Origin: Azolla caroliniana
Lineage: Eukaryota; Plantae; Polypodiophyta
Assembly (NCBI GenBank): GCA_043228905.1
Contig: JBHGNT010000008.1
Location: 7,440,001-7,504,000, forward strand
Length of the DNA: 64,000 nucleotides
Direction: 5' to 3'
The notes under the pieces are model-generated. The model saw only the letters and a list, made by a program, of their open reading frames with translations, had not been told where the DNA came from and made no database searches. Both the position numbers and the translations under genes were made by a program. Shown here piece by piece: positions 1 through 11,981 of the stretch. How positions within the stretch are numbered: the stretch's first letter is position 1; every line of letters starts with the position of its first letter.

Positions 1-58
1 CAGATTGACCCTGATCTCTCCATACCTTTCTTATCTATTTTTGATTGATTGATTGCAG

Positions 59-2411
59 GCGCCTGAGCCAAAGGCTAAGGCTCCAAAGCCGAAGCTGAGG
101 ACAGAAGACGGTATTTTTGGAACGTCGGGAGGTATTGGCTTCACCAAGCAGAATGAGTTGTTTGTTGGACGAGTTGCTATGATTGGATTTGCGGTAAGCT
201 ATGCCAAGTCAAGTTATCTCTAGATTTATATATTGTTGTAGCCTTTTAGGTTGAATCTCCGCTAGGTTTTTAAACTGCGTGTTTGGAGAAGAAACTGTGG
301 CATCTTGCATCCAAAATATCTCTAGAAATGTTGCTGTTTTTAGGCATTCATCTCAAGATTTCTCCATCCTTAGATTCCTCTAATGCTATGCAATGTTGTT
401 TGAGATAGACTTAATATTGCCTTCTATGCCAAATATCTCAGGATGTCATGGTTTCGCCATTGCATTCATTTCAAAAATTTCAAGATTTCTTCGTATTTAC
501 TACTATTGCATTCACCTCAGACAAGCCAAGGATTCACATCTATCTAGGCAATGTTGCTGCAAAAAGGCTTACCGTTGTACATTCATCTCCATGCTTTTTC
601 ATGGTTGTTAGACTTCTCTTGCAAGGGGTTAGTGGACGCTAAGAAAAGCATTGCTTACGCTTGTTTTACATGGGTTACGCTCAAATTGATTACTGGTTAT
701 TATACTTGTTTTATATAAGTTATGCTTAATTGATTACATATGGACTTGTTGCCAAGATTGTTTAAGAGGCATTCATTGGCATAGTAAAGAAAATCAATTG
801 ATTATACTTGTTTTATACATTGGTTAACATGAATTGATTAGTTATGGTAGTATGACTCTTGGTTTATATTTTGTCGGTATGATTATGACTTGTAATCATT
901 TATGTCTATCGGTTATGTATATTGCTGATGACCTTTATTGATTTATGTAAATGTTGGTCCGTATTTTGGTAGGCATCTCTACTCGGTGAGGCATTGACAG
1001 GGAAGGGAACTCTCGCTCAATTCGATCTCGAGACAGGCCTTCCCTTGACGGAGACAGAACCACTCCTTTTGTTCTTCATTCTCTTCACTCTACTAGGGGC
1101 CATTGGAGCTTTGGGAGACAGAGGCAAATTTGTGGATGAGCCTACTGGGTTGGACAAAGCCATTATTACACCCGGAAAAGGGCTCAAATCAACCCTAGGT
1201 TTGGCAGAAGGCGGTAAGCGAATAAATTGAGGGCATTTCCATTCTAGATCATCTGGTTTTATGTTAGGATTGATTGGTGTAGGGGTAGAGATATGTGTGT
1301 CCTTATCTTTTCATTTGCGTCTAAGATTGGATTTTACACACCTAATTTGATATCACTTAGAGGTTTGAATGGAGATCTTTGTGAAGAAGATCCTAGAGGA
1401 CATTGCCATTATAGCTCATTTAGTTTTTATGTTGTAAGTTATGCGTAAGTGTGAGTGGAGATCTATGTGAAGATCCTAGAGGACATTGCCATTGTAACTC
1501 ATTTAGATTTTATTTTGTAAGTTATGCATAAGAAGCTGCACAAATGGAATTTATCACTAGGGTTGTGGCAAACATTTTCCTCTCATTTGCACCTAGGGTT
1601 TGGATCCATAGAAGCCCATAGAAAAGGTTCACCATATATACATACTTCACACACTAGTATTGTACCACCATCATGATTTTCCATTGTATTGGGCAAAATG
1701 TTTGCATTTTGCCATAATATTAGAGAACAAGCTTTCTCTCTTCTCTCTTTATCGTGTTACACATATTGTCCCTCTTTCATGTAAATGGGGTATGTCACTA
1801 CCAGGGGAGGCCTGTGTTAGACAAACTTATTTTTCTTGCCGCTCAATGTAGTGTGAATCTTTCTCAAGCTTAAAATATTTAGTTAAGGTGAAGATTTTAA
1901 AAGAAAAGCACCAAAATACCCCAAACTTGTTGGGTATTCAAAGCATTACTAGAATCCTAAATTTCAAGACATTACTAGAATACACCTTTGCATTACAAAA
2001 TCATGGCAAGTGTACCTCTAGGCTTTCAAAAATGATTATAATATGCCTCCATATAGGAAATGTACCAGTACAAGGGTGTGTTTGTGTACATTTTTAATAC
2101 TTAGGAGTAACAGCCCAAGCAAACTCGATCGCCATAAGACTAAGCTTTAAATCGAAATTTGTACAGGTCCTACTTTCGGCTTTACCAAGGCAAATGAGCT
2201 CTTTGTGGGAAGGATGGCTCAACTTGGCATTGCCTTCTCCATTATCGGGGAGGTTATCACTGGCAAAGGAACATTGGCCCAACTCAACATTGAAACCGGT
2301 GTGCCCATCAATGAAATTGAGCCCCTCTTGCTTGTATGGATCGCATTCTTCTTTATTGCCGCCATCAACCCTGGCACTGGAAAGTTTGTCACCGATGAAG
2401 AGGAAGAGTGA
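59..2411 (+). CDS. PsbS: Photosystem II subunit S, 3' part; exons 59-193, 973-1213, 2167-2411; 5' exon(s) lie outside the window
   Basis: Spliced translation EDGIFGTSGGIGFTKQNELFVGRVAMIGFA / ASLLGEALTGKGTLAQFDLETG...GDRGKFVD / GPTFGFTKANELFVGRMAQLG...INPGTGKFVTDEEEE*. GT-AG introns have compatible phases (0, then 1). Shows the duplicated LHC-like helix pattern of PsbS. Confidence 0.96.
1370..1531. repeat. Imperfect ~85-bp tandem duplication in PsbS intron
   Basis: GGAGATCT.TGTGAAG...ATCCTAGAGGACATTGCCATT...TGTAAGTTATGC.TAAG occurs twice. Confidence 0.8.
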
Positions 2412-3255
2412 AACTATTAAGTTTTTGTTTTATTAATCCCTTCACCGTAGACAAACATGTAACTCTCTTTCTATTTTTTTCATTTGGAAAAAGAAAAAAG
2501 ATTGATTGTAAGAAGAGCAATTTGTATAAGTGTTTAAGTTAAGAGGTTTAGAATGTTGGAGGATGACATCTATGATTAGAGGACTTGCTTGTAAGCTTAC
2601 CATGCGCTTGGCCCTATCCTATAGTTTGTATTCGGTCTCATATTGGGCATTGAACATTCTAAGGAGAAAACATTTATCAACTTAAAATCAAAGATCTTAC
2701 CTACGTGTTGCAAATCTTTTTCAGTAAAAAGCCACATAAGTTTTCTTGTACTTCTTACTCCCATTGTCTAATTGTGTTTTTATTTCATATTGATTGTTGT
2801 CTTATTTGTTTGTATAAGGGAACCAAAGTCATGAGATTGGGAGAATCCAATAATCACATTTGGGCTCTCATGAATGTGGCAAATCAATAAACTATCTTTA
2901 TTAAATGTCATTGCTTAGAATGGTTCAATGTTGATGTAGGCATGATCATGATCACTTACATTGAACAAGTGGACTAAACCTTGATTGATCAATTATAATG
3001 ACCAAGGGTGGATTAAAGTTGGACACATCATTTGCTTGAAAATCAATAACATCATTAAATTGTTTGTGAGGATATAGAGAACTACGTAGGCAATTTTCAA
3101 AGTTACAATAAACAAGGGCGGAATAAAGATTGACATACCATTCACTTGAAAATCAATACCATCATTAAATTCCAAGTATATAGAGAGCTAGATAGGTAGT
3201 CTTCACACAATGGAAATAGATGGATTTTTATGTATGTCTCTGTGTGTGTGACAGA

Positions 3256-3720
3256 GTTAGATTGTGTAAAGATTACGTGCCAAAGCTAAAAAACAGAACA
3301 CAATCGGCTCAGCCGGACAGCAATAGAGAAAACACAGAAAGTATGAAGATACACAGTAAGGAAAAGAGAGACAGAGAGAACAAATGACTAGAAATCTCAA
3401 TTCAAAAAAATAATATGCTCTCTGTACATATGATTGTGCGCAGTAGGCACTTTTATACAATCCCTAAAAGCTGGCTGGCTGACACAAGCACCTTTAGTAC
3501 TTTAATGCTCACATGAAAGCATCTGACACTAGAGTAGGAGTGTAGGCTTCTAATGGCCAGCCAGCAGCTAGTCGATCCGCTTCACCATCGATCCGGCTCT
3601 CGGCTTCTTCAGCACATCCAGGCCTAGCCGATCAGTCCTTATCCGATCCGGCTCTCGACTTATTTAGCAGATTCAGTCCATGTTGAGCTTGCTTCAGAAT
3701 AGCCCCCTCAAGCTCAACTT
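3256..3720 (-). mobile_element. Probable Copia 3' LTR remnant with PPT
   Basis: 3701-3720 reverse-complemented is AAGTTGAGCTTGAGGGGGCT, nearly identical to the PPT of Copia G; left boundary uncertain. Confidence 0.4.
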
Positions 3721-4239
3721 GTGGTTCCTCCTGCTCAGCTAGTTCTTCACCTTGGCTCCTCCTTCCTGCTAGCTTGTCTCCCGGCACGCGCTCCTCAACC
3801 CGTTCGGTCTCGTGCTCTTCAACCTCTTCGGTCGGCTCGTCTGCTCCATAGGCCTACATCACCCTTCTTCTCGCCATTTCCATTACCTGAACCGACTGTC
3901 TCTCTCTGATTTGTCTTCTTCTCCGGCTCTCCCTCTTCCCTTTGACTGGTTCTTGTTTTGGCTCATCATTACATAGAAATTGCTAGACAAATTCGAGGAC
4001 AACCAACTCCAATTCGCTTTAGAATTGGGGGCGTATGAAAAGGAACAAGTTCAGGCGGAAGAAGAACAAGAGGAGGCGGTGCACATGGATCGGCTCGATG
4101 AAGAAGCAAGCGAGCAAGTCCAAGAACAAGCCGACCTAGTGCTGACTAACCTCACTGCAGTTGGACTGCCTCAACAACAAACAGAGCAAGCCGAACATGA
4201 AACGATTGGAAGAAAACGACCAACCGAGACTGAACCCCC

Positions 4240-5060
4240 TGTTAAATTTCACTCAGACAAATTCCGATATTAAACTTAGACAGAAACAGAAAAATGAAGA
4301 AGAGCACACGATTTACGTGGAAAACCCTGATTTCAAGGGAAAAACCATAGAACAAAGATTTCCACTATAATAGAGGACAAAATACAACCATAGAATGAAA
4401 GCACCTGATCTGATCTGAATGTTCTCTGAAACCACAATTTCTGATGAGCATTCCAAACCCTAACACGTAGATTTCTATTCCCCTTTGAAGCTTCCAAAGC
4501 TTCTCTGTCTTTCTCTCTATTTCTCTTAATTTCACTCTTCTTTCTTCTCTCACTTAGCTTCTCTGAGTATTCTCTCTTACACAACCACTACTGTCTGAGT
4601 CACGCTTATAAGACAACTAGTTTTTCACTCAACATATATGTATCTCTCACTTACTCACTTACGTTATGTATGTTTTTCCCCCTTTTATCTCACTGTTTAC
4701 TTCTAGTGAGTTATCCCACATACAGACGCACTACTAGGCTTGTTAGTATATATATACTAAGTCAATTCATACATATACATAAGAAGACATATGTATATAT
4801 ATATGTGTTTGAACTCTTATTTGACTTAGTTTGAATTTGGCTTGCTCTTTGAATTCGGTCAATTCCCCCAATTCGGTTCTTTAGCAATTCGACTATTCTT
4901 TTGCTCTCCGACCGATTTCGGCCAAATTCGGTCAGCCGCCTCATTTCGGCTAATTTCGGTCAGCTGACTCATTTCGGCTTCTCAACCGATTTCGACTAGC
5001 CGGCTCTTAAGTCGACTTTTCGACCGACTCCCCCGCAAGGAGGGACACCTTTACATAACA
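4240..5060. mobile_element. TG...CA insertion (solo LTR or composite) interrupting Z ORF2
   Basis: TGTTA...TAACA flanked by CCCCC on both sides; shares TTTACGTGGAAAACC...AGGGAAAAACCA with the LTRs at 45862 and 59754. Confidence 0.65.
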
Positions 5061-5342
5061 CCCCCAACGTATCTAGGAAGAAGGGGTAGGAGTCAAGCAA
5101 CTGAACCCGGCCAAATAGACCCGACAACAACAGCCGTTAAGAGCCAATAGCCGGAAGGGGGGAAGAAGGATCGACTGCGGAAATACCTCCGACAACGACC
5201 ACAGAAGAGGAGCCAACCAAAGATGAACAAACAGAGGAAGCCCCGGTACCTACCGGTAACAACACCACCGACAACGAAGAAACGACTCAATAGGATCCGA
5301 ACATTTTGCACATTTTTTGCGAAGCGTAGTCGGCAAATATTT

Positions 5343-5383
5343 GTGGGATCAACCATGAAAGGCATTGTCCCACGGGCGTGCCA
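5343..5383 (+). promoter_or_regulatory. tRNA-Arg-like hairpin/CCA module at the PPT position (Z)
   Basis: GTGGGATCAACCATGAAAGGCATTGTCCCACGGGCGTGCCA, then TG, then LTR. Confidence 0.8.
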
Positions 5384-6236
5384 TGTGTTGGTTGGTCAAG
5401 TCGGCCAAGGTGTGAAAGGGCCGTAGGGACAAGTGAGGGTTGAAACAAAGATAGGTGGGGCCGGACAAGAACCTGAGATGAAAGGAGCAAATGTAACGTA
5501 TGTACAATAATTAGAGGAAGTAGTAGCGGTTTACGTAAGCAATCATGCTCCCTTAAAAAGGGACATGAAGCCTTGTACAAAGTTTATCAGTTGTATTGAG
5601 TCAATCATTTTAATATAATTTTTTTTGCTTATACGTTGTGTCTGTGTTCTAGGTAACCCTGTTTAAACTGTGTACTATACTTAACCAGTCGGTTGTAGCC
5701 GCCTTAGATTTCGTGTTAAGATTATATTACAATCCGATCAAGTATAGTTCTGTGTGAATTTACCTTGTTACATTTGTGTTTATTGTATATAACCAGTCAA
5801 CATTTCCCATCCCCCAACCACAATACCTTGATTCAGATACTGAAGAAGCGAGTATCCGACCCCGTGTTATATGAAGGAGTATAACATCCCTAAACCTGTG
5901 TAGATTTAAAAAAAAAAAAACAATTTTGGTTCTTCGATAATGGAGCTTATAAAATAACTAAGCCAAGTAGGAGATTGTCCTTAATAGGGTTAAGCAATAC
6001 GAAAGGTATCTCAAGCGAATGTAAGATAATAGACAAAGAAGATATCATAAGCAATGCCATGTAGGCAGTCTCGTTTGGCTACACTCTTAAGGAGATAGAG
6101 AGCATAGTTGGTTCGAGCCTTAACAGAAGTAAAATCATTCTAGTCAACTCCGTTGACATGTATACCACCATTGAAGAGCTTGGGCGGTTAATTGAAGAAG
6201 AGACGACAATCGAGTGCACACAAAGTACAAGACCGT

Positions 6237-6959
6237 TGTCGTAGTGTATTTTGTACACTACGTGAAAAAGTAAAAATAATATAACCGATTTAATTACATA
6301 TAAATAAATAAAATAAGAATATCAAGATATTTATCACGTGCATAGGGCAAGATTCGAACCTTGTACCTCCACGTAGTCAAACCTCAACTTTACCATTATG
6401 CTACCTTATCTTTAGTGTTCTATAAATAGATTTAATAACTATAACTCCTTTATTTGCGCCTACCTTTATTAAAAGGTAAATCATGTATTTTTAGAGTGCG
6501 TGAATATTTTATAGAAAAACGCAAGCAACTAAAAAGTGACTCATGCACATCTAGCGTGCATGAGCACTATATTTAGCAAATAAAAGCAAGGATTAGAAAA
6601 GCATTACATGCACATATAGTGTGCATGAACATATTAGAAAAAAGCATGTAGCTATGCTTAGTCTCTCCCATCACTATATAAGGATGGGGAGCACATTGTA
6701 GTTTTTGTTGATTATTTTTCTATAATGATCAATCAATCTAAAATATTCGTGGGATTCACGAATTTGCTAAAATAATTCTCTCTTACTACCTAAATATTGA
6801 CTAAATATACTAAACTCGTGGGATTCACGAGATTCTCATCTTATAACTCTTTATACCTATTCTTTACTAGCCTTATTTGTATTTTTCTTTCTCCTAGTCC
6901 AAAACCTCGGCGGTTCCCACCCGACTCACGCAAACGATCCGGAGCCGAAAGGCACGACA
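6237..6959 (+). repeat. D 5' LTR
   Basis: Direct repeat of 11259-11981. Confidence 0.95.
6339..6410 (-). promoter_or_regulatory. Degenerate tRNA-like Pol III A/B-box cassette in D U3 (second copy at 11361-11432)
   Basis: Minus strand TAGCATAATGG...GGTTCGAATCT with tRNA-like spacing and partial T and acceptor stems. Confidence 0.6.
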
Positions 6960-6963
6960 CAGT

Positions 6964-6981
6964 TGGTGAACCTGACGTGAA
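6964..6981 (+). promoter_or_regulatory. D primer-binding site, tRNA-Trp type
   Basis: TGGTGAACCTGACGTGAA matches the complement of the recalled plant tRNA-Trp 3' end (...TTCACGTCGGGTTCACCA) at 17 of 18 nt. Confidence 0.75.
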
Positions 6982-6997
6982 GGCGGGTGGCAAGGAG

Positions 6998-7468
6998 ATG
7001 GAGAATCAACAAGAGGCAATGAGCATAACAATGATGATGATGTTCGAGCGGATGCTACAAGAACAACGAGCGATGTCGGAGATCACGGGGGCAGTAAAGC
7101 GGCTCGTACAACGAAATGGACAATTCAACGGAAATGATGTGTCACGCTATCTACGTGACTACAAGGCGGAGATGATACGATGTGGGATACCGGAAGGATT
7201 GCAAGTGACATCCTTCAATCGGGTAGCCACGGATGAGCTACAAGAGAGAATCCACAAGATACGGCAACAAAACTCGACATGGGGGTCCTTCGAAGAAGCT
7301 TTACGAGAGGCATATGATTACAAGAGATCGAAGGGAAAAGATCGGCGAGAATTCGACGAATGGGTGGCATCGGAGAAGACCCACCGAAGTGCAACACAAG
7401 CATTCCTAGAGTTCGAGCATCGTTTTGCTCGACTCTCGGAGCAGGAACAACGATTAGTGGGGAAGTGA
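6998..7468 (+). pseudogene. D truncated gag
   Basis: FNGNDVSRYLRDY...TWGSFEEALREAY gag-like segment; ends early; no zinc knuckle or protease follows. Confidence 0.65.
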
Positions 7469-7574
7469 TAGTCCGAGAAGCCCTGATACCCCACACAGGA
7501 AGAAAACTCTCGGAGCAAAACAAGTACGAATCGGCCCGGATGGGGCATCTACGTACACGGCCGTAACCGGAGGA

Positions 7575-10500
7575 ATGAAGAAACAATACCGACAAGTGGA
7601 GGATAAGTTACGGTCGGCATCAATAATAAAAGAAGACGAAGAAATCGTGGGAGTGATCGAGGAAGTGTTCTATGGGAATACACTACAACGGCTTGAAGAG
7701 CTTGCGGAAGATAAAAGCCAAGGGAATCAGGTAGTCCCGGTGGAATCGGTCGAGATGTACGAGATCGTTGCGAAAATGGGGCCGGATGCGCTCCGCAAAG
7801 AAGAAGCAATGGTAAGTACGAAATACAAGACCGTGGAGAAGAAGGTGAAACCGGCCGCGGGACCACTACCCGCCGATAGCGAACAAAAGAAGAAAGAAGT
7901 CTCGGGAGATCCGACACTTCGGAAGTCCGTGGATATCGGACATGCCTTCACAGATGAGACCCGGAAGAAACTTCGGATCGGTGGAGGTGGGTTCCTCTTA
8001 CAAGAAGAAGAAAAACGGTTTCGAGAGATGTTGGAGCAACATGGCAAAGCATTCGCGTTCACATCGAGGGAGATCGGATGCATTGATCCAAAGATAGTGG
8101 AGCCGATGGTGATTTTCACGATTGATCATGTACCGTGGAACCTGAAGCCGATTCCGGTGCCACGGGCGCATATTCCGAAAGTCATCGACTTGCTCAAGGA
8201 GAAGGTGGCGATGGGGATTCTAGAGCCATCAAGTGCTCCGTACTCAAATCGATGGTTTACGGTTCCGAAGAAGAATGGGTCACTCCGATTCATCCAAGAC
8301 TTGCAACCGGTGAACAAGGTCACGATCCGGAACTCGGGAGTCGGTCCGATAGTGGACGAATTCGCGGAAGCTTTTGCCGGACGTGCGATATACTCCATCG
8401 GGGACCTATACTCGGGGTATGACCAATTCCAACTAGCCGTGGAGAGCTGAGACATCACTACCATGCGGACACCGATAGGACTAGTTCGAATGTGCACACT
8501 ACCACAAGGAGCGACAAACTCGGTTGCACATATGATGAACGCGATGAACAAGGTGCTTCGAGATTGCATCCCGGAGATAACGATGCCGTTTCTAGATGAC
8601 ATTCCGATGAAAGGATGCGCGGTGGAAGAAAAAGATGAGACTATGGATGATCGGGGATGCCGAAAGTTCGTGGTCGACCATATTCATGATTACGAGAAAG
8701 TGTTGCGAAAGCTAGAAGATGTGCACCTAACACTTTCCGGGGAGAAATCGGCATTCGGGCAAGAAGAAATATTGGTGGTCGGACATCTATGTGGTCCCTA
8801 CGGCCGAAGACCGTCACCAACAAAGATCAATGCGATTCAAGCTATGAAGGAAGTATGTGAGTCAACATCGGAAGTCCGAAGGTTTCTGGGTGCGTGTGCA
8901 TTCTATCACATATGGATTCCGCACTATGCACATATAGCGGACCCGCTCTATCACTTGTTGCAGAAAGGTAAGAAATTCGAGTGGAAACCGGAACACACTA
9001 AAGCCATGAGGAAGCTCAAGAAGACACTATGGAGGGCGGAATCACTTAAGAAACCAAGCTACGAGCGGCCAATCATAGTAACGGTTGATACAAGTCCAAC
9101 CGGTATCGGGTGGGTCATCAATCAAGCCGACTCGGATGGTTCGCGGTATCCGATCCGATTTGGAGCAAAGGTCCTCAACGAAAGGCAACGCGGATATGCA
9201 CAAGTCAAAAGAGAATTGTGGGGAGTCGTGTCGGCGATAAAATCGGATCGGGATTATTTGATCGGAGCTGAAGTGGTGATCGAGACGGATTGTCTTCCGA
9301 TACTCGGGATGATGCGGTGTTGTACGATACTGGATGTGGCTATGCTAAGGTGGATTGCATATGTCAAGTCACTTAATCCGGAGGTTCGACACATCTTGGG
9401 GAAGGACAACGCGGTAGCGGACATGTTATCGAGGGCGCGGTTTGAAGACGACATAACCGAATCAGATAATGAAGAAGTTTCCGAAGACTACTTCACGTCA
9501 GAACACATATGCCGAGTGAACGTGATCCGAGAATTCCGGGAAAAAGAATACGAGGGGGAAACCTTGATGATCGGGAAGATGCTACAAGAGGTCGAGGATT
9601 CAACCAATGATAAAGAAAGGAGAGCCGAGATCCGAAGGAAGAAGAGGCAAGTCCAAAAGTTCTTCTTGAAAAACGGTTTAATATGGAGGATGCCGAAAAG
9701 ACCGGATGGGATACCACTTCGAGTAGTCGGGACGAAAGAGCAACGAAACCGGATAATGTCCGAGTTCCACGAATCCGATTGGGCTGGACATCGAGGAACA
9801 TGGGCAACTTTTGTGAAAATCAAGCAAAGATATTGGTGGAAGAACATGTATAAAGATGTCGCGGAGTTCACAGAAAGCTGCGAGAAATGTCAAGTCTACT
9901 CCGGGGTCCGACACCGAGATGAGCTGCATCCGACATTCTCACCAACAATCAACTTCAAGTGGATGGTCGACATTGTAGCTATGCCGACCGGGATTGGACA
10001 AAAGAAATACTTGGTGTTAGCTCGAGAAGATCTCACAAACCAAGTTGAAGGTCGAGCGCTTCGGAGGAAAACGTGTGCCGCGGTGTGCCAATTTCTTTTG
10101 GAAGAAGTGTTTTGTAGGTACGGCTGCGTAGGACAAGTGATTGCGGACCGGGGAGAACTCGACTCGGACAAAGCTAGGGGATTCTTCGCCACGAAAGATG
10201 ACATCGAATCGAAGGTGGCTATGGACGAATCAATGGCGGATGGCCATATCGAGACTTCCCCACCACTGATTCCAGAGACTCCGGCGGTTGCGTTCGAAAG
10301 GCAACGTGAGACCGAAGAGACGGAAGGTGGCGAAGAGAAAACAAAGGTCGAAGCCGATTCATACGACGGAGAGATAGCCGAGAAGGAGGCTATGGTTGAA
10401 ATGACGGAGGATGATAATACCAAGGATTCCTGCCCACTAATCCTAGAGACTTCCGCGGTTGTGTCCGAGAACGAACGTGAGACCGGAGAGACGGGAGGTG

Positions 10501-11306
10501 GCGGCAAGAAAGGTAAAGTCGGAAGCCGGTTCGGATGGAAGGTGATCCGGACGGGATTCCGACCCGAAAGAAAACCGAACCGGGCGAATGAGGATTCGAC
10601 CGAAAGTCGACCCGAAAGAAAGTTGAACCGGGCGAATGAGGATTCGGCCGAAAGACGACCCGAAAGAAAGCCGACCCGAAAAGGGGTCGACTCGGTCAAA
10701 ACCGATCGACCGAGTCTGACTTGGCCGAACGCGAATATGGATGGAAGCCGACCTAGCCGAAAGCCGAACGGACGAGACCGATCCAAAAAGAAGCTAATCC
10801 GACTCAACCGGAGGTTGGACCGGTCGAGGCTGGTGAAAACGAGGAAAAGAAAGCCAACCGAAACCGAAACCGATAGATCGAAACCGGGCCGGAAGGAGAC
10901 TGACTCAATCGAAACCAAACAACCGATTCCGATTCGGCCGAATATGAATCCGATCGGAAGCCGATCAAACCGAAAGTCGATCGGACGAGAGAGATCCGGA
11001 AAAAAGTCAAGGTTGATGAAGACAAGAAAGAGGCCAGTAAAAGACACTACCACGAATGACAAGGGCCAAGAATATGACGAGAGAGAACAAAGAATATGGT
11101 GGATCGGATGGCGACAATGGTTCGGGTGGAAAGAATGGGTCTACTCAAAATGGAGAGACAAAGTTGACATAGCGGGACAAACGGAGGATGAAGGGGAGAC
11201 AACGAGCATCGACAACTTCGGCACATACCGAAGGATGTGCGGGTTCGGAGGGGGCGAGTGTCGTAGTGTATTTCGTACACTACGTGAAAAAGTAAAAATA
11301 ATATAA
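7575..11306 (+). pseudogene. D pol (RT, RNase H, partial integrase) with in-frame stop at 8448-8450 and low-complexity tail
   Basis: DLYSGY, LPQGATNS, FLDD, VDTSPTGIG, HHCC zinc finger, WMVD, ADRG; third catalytic integrase residue region is missing. Confidence 0.88.
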
Positions 11307-11981
11307 CCGATTTAATTACATATAAATAAATAAAATAAGAATATCAAGATATTTATCACGTGCATAGGGCAAGATTCGAACCTTGTACCTCCACGTAGTC
11401 AAACCTCAACTTTACCATTATGCTACCTTATCTTTAGTGTTCTATAAATAGATTTAATAACTATAACTCCTTTATTTGCGCCTACCTTTATTAAAAGGTA
11501 AATCATGTATTTTTAGAGTGCGTGAATATTTTATAGAAAAACGCAAGCAACTAAAAAGTGACTCATGCACATCTAGCGTGCATGAGCACTATATTTAGCA
11601 AATAAAAGCAAGGATTAGAAAAGCATTACATGCACATATAGTGTGCATGAACATATTAGAAAAAAGCATGTAGCTATGCTTAGTCTCTCCCATCACTATA
11701 TAAGGATGGGGAGCACATTGTAGTTTTTGTTGATTATTTTTCTATAATGATCAATCAATCTAAAATATTCGTGGGATTCACGAATTTGCTAAAATAATTC
11801 TCTCTTACTACCTAAATATTGACTAAATATACTAAACTCGTGGGATTCACGAGATTCTCATCTTATAACTCTTTATACCTATTCTTTACTAGCCTTATTT
11901 GTATTTTTCTTTCTCCTAGTCCAAAACCTCGGCGGTTCCCACCTGACTCACGCAAACGATCCGGAGCCGAAAGGCACGACA
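11259..11981 (+). repeat. D 3' LTR
   Basis: Direct repeat of 6237-6959. Confidence 0.95.

Larger units (their letters stand above)
3975..5886 (+). mobile_element. Element Z: 3' remnant of an A-group gypsy element (ORF2 C-terminus, tRNA-like module, 3' LTR ~5386-5886)
   Basis: LDKFEDNQLQFALELGAYEK...LDEE aligns with A ORF2 LDDDRLEAQIQFESYER...LSDEE. The tail DPNILHIF resembles DPESILDIL. The module at 5343-5383 precedes TGTT...TAACA. Confidence 0.7.
6237..11981 (+). mobile_element. Element D: full-length but internally deleted Ty3/gypsy LTR retrotransposon
   Basis: 723-bp LTRs (2 differences seen), TGTCGT...ACGACA termini, TSD CCGT, PBS at 6964, PPT GGAGGGGGCGAG at 11247-11258. Confidence 0.93.

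Noticed and set aside
9896-11062. 388-aa antisense ORF (and similar shadow ORFs such as 23475-24239)
   Set aside because: Low-complexity mirror of purine-rich sense sequence; no recognisable domain.
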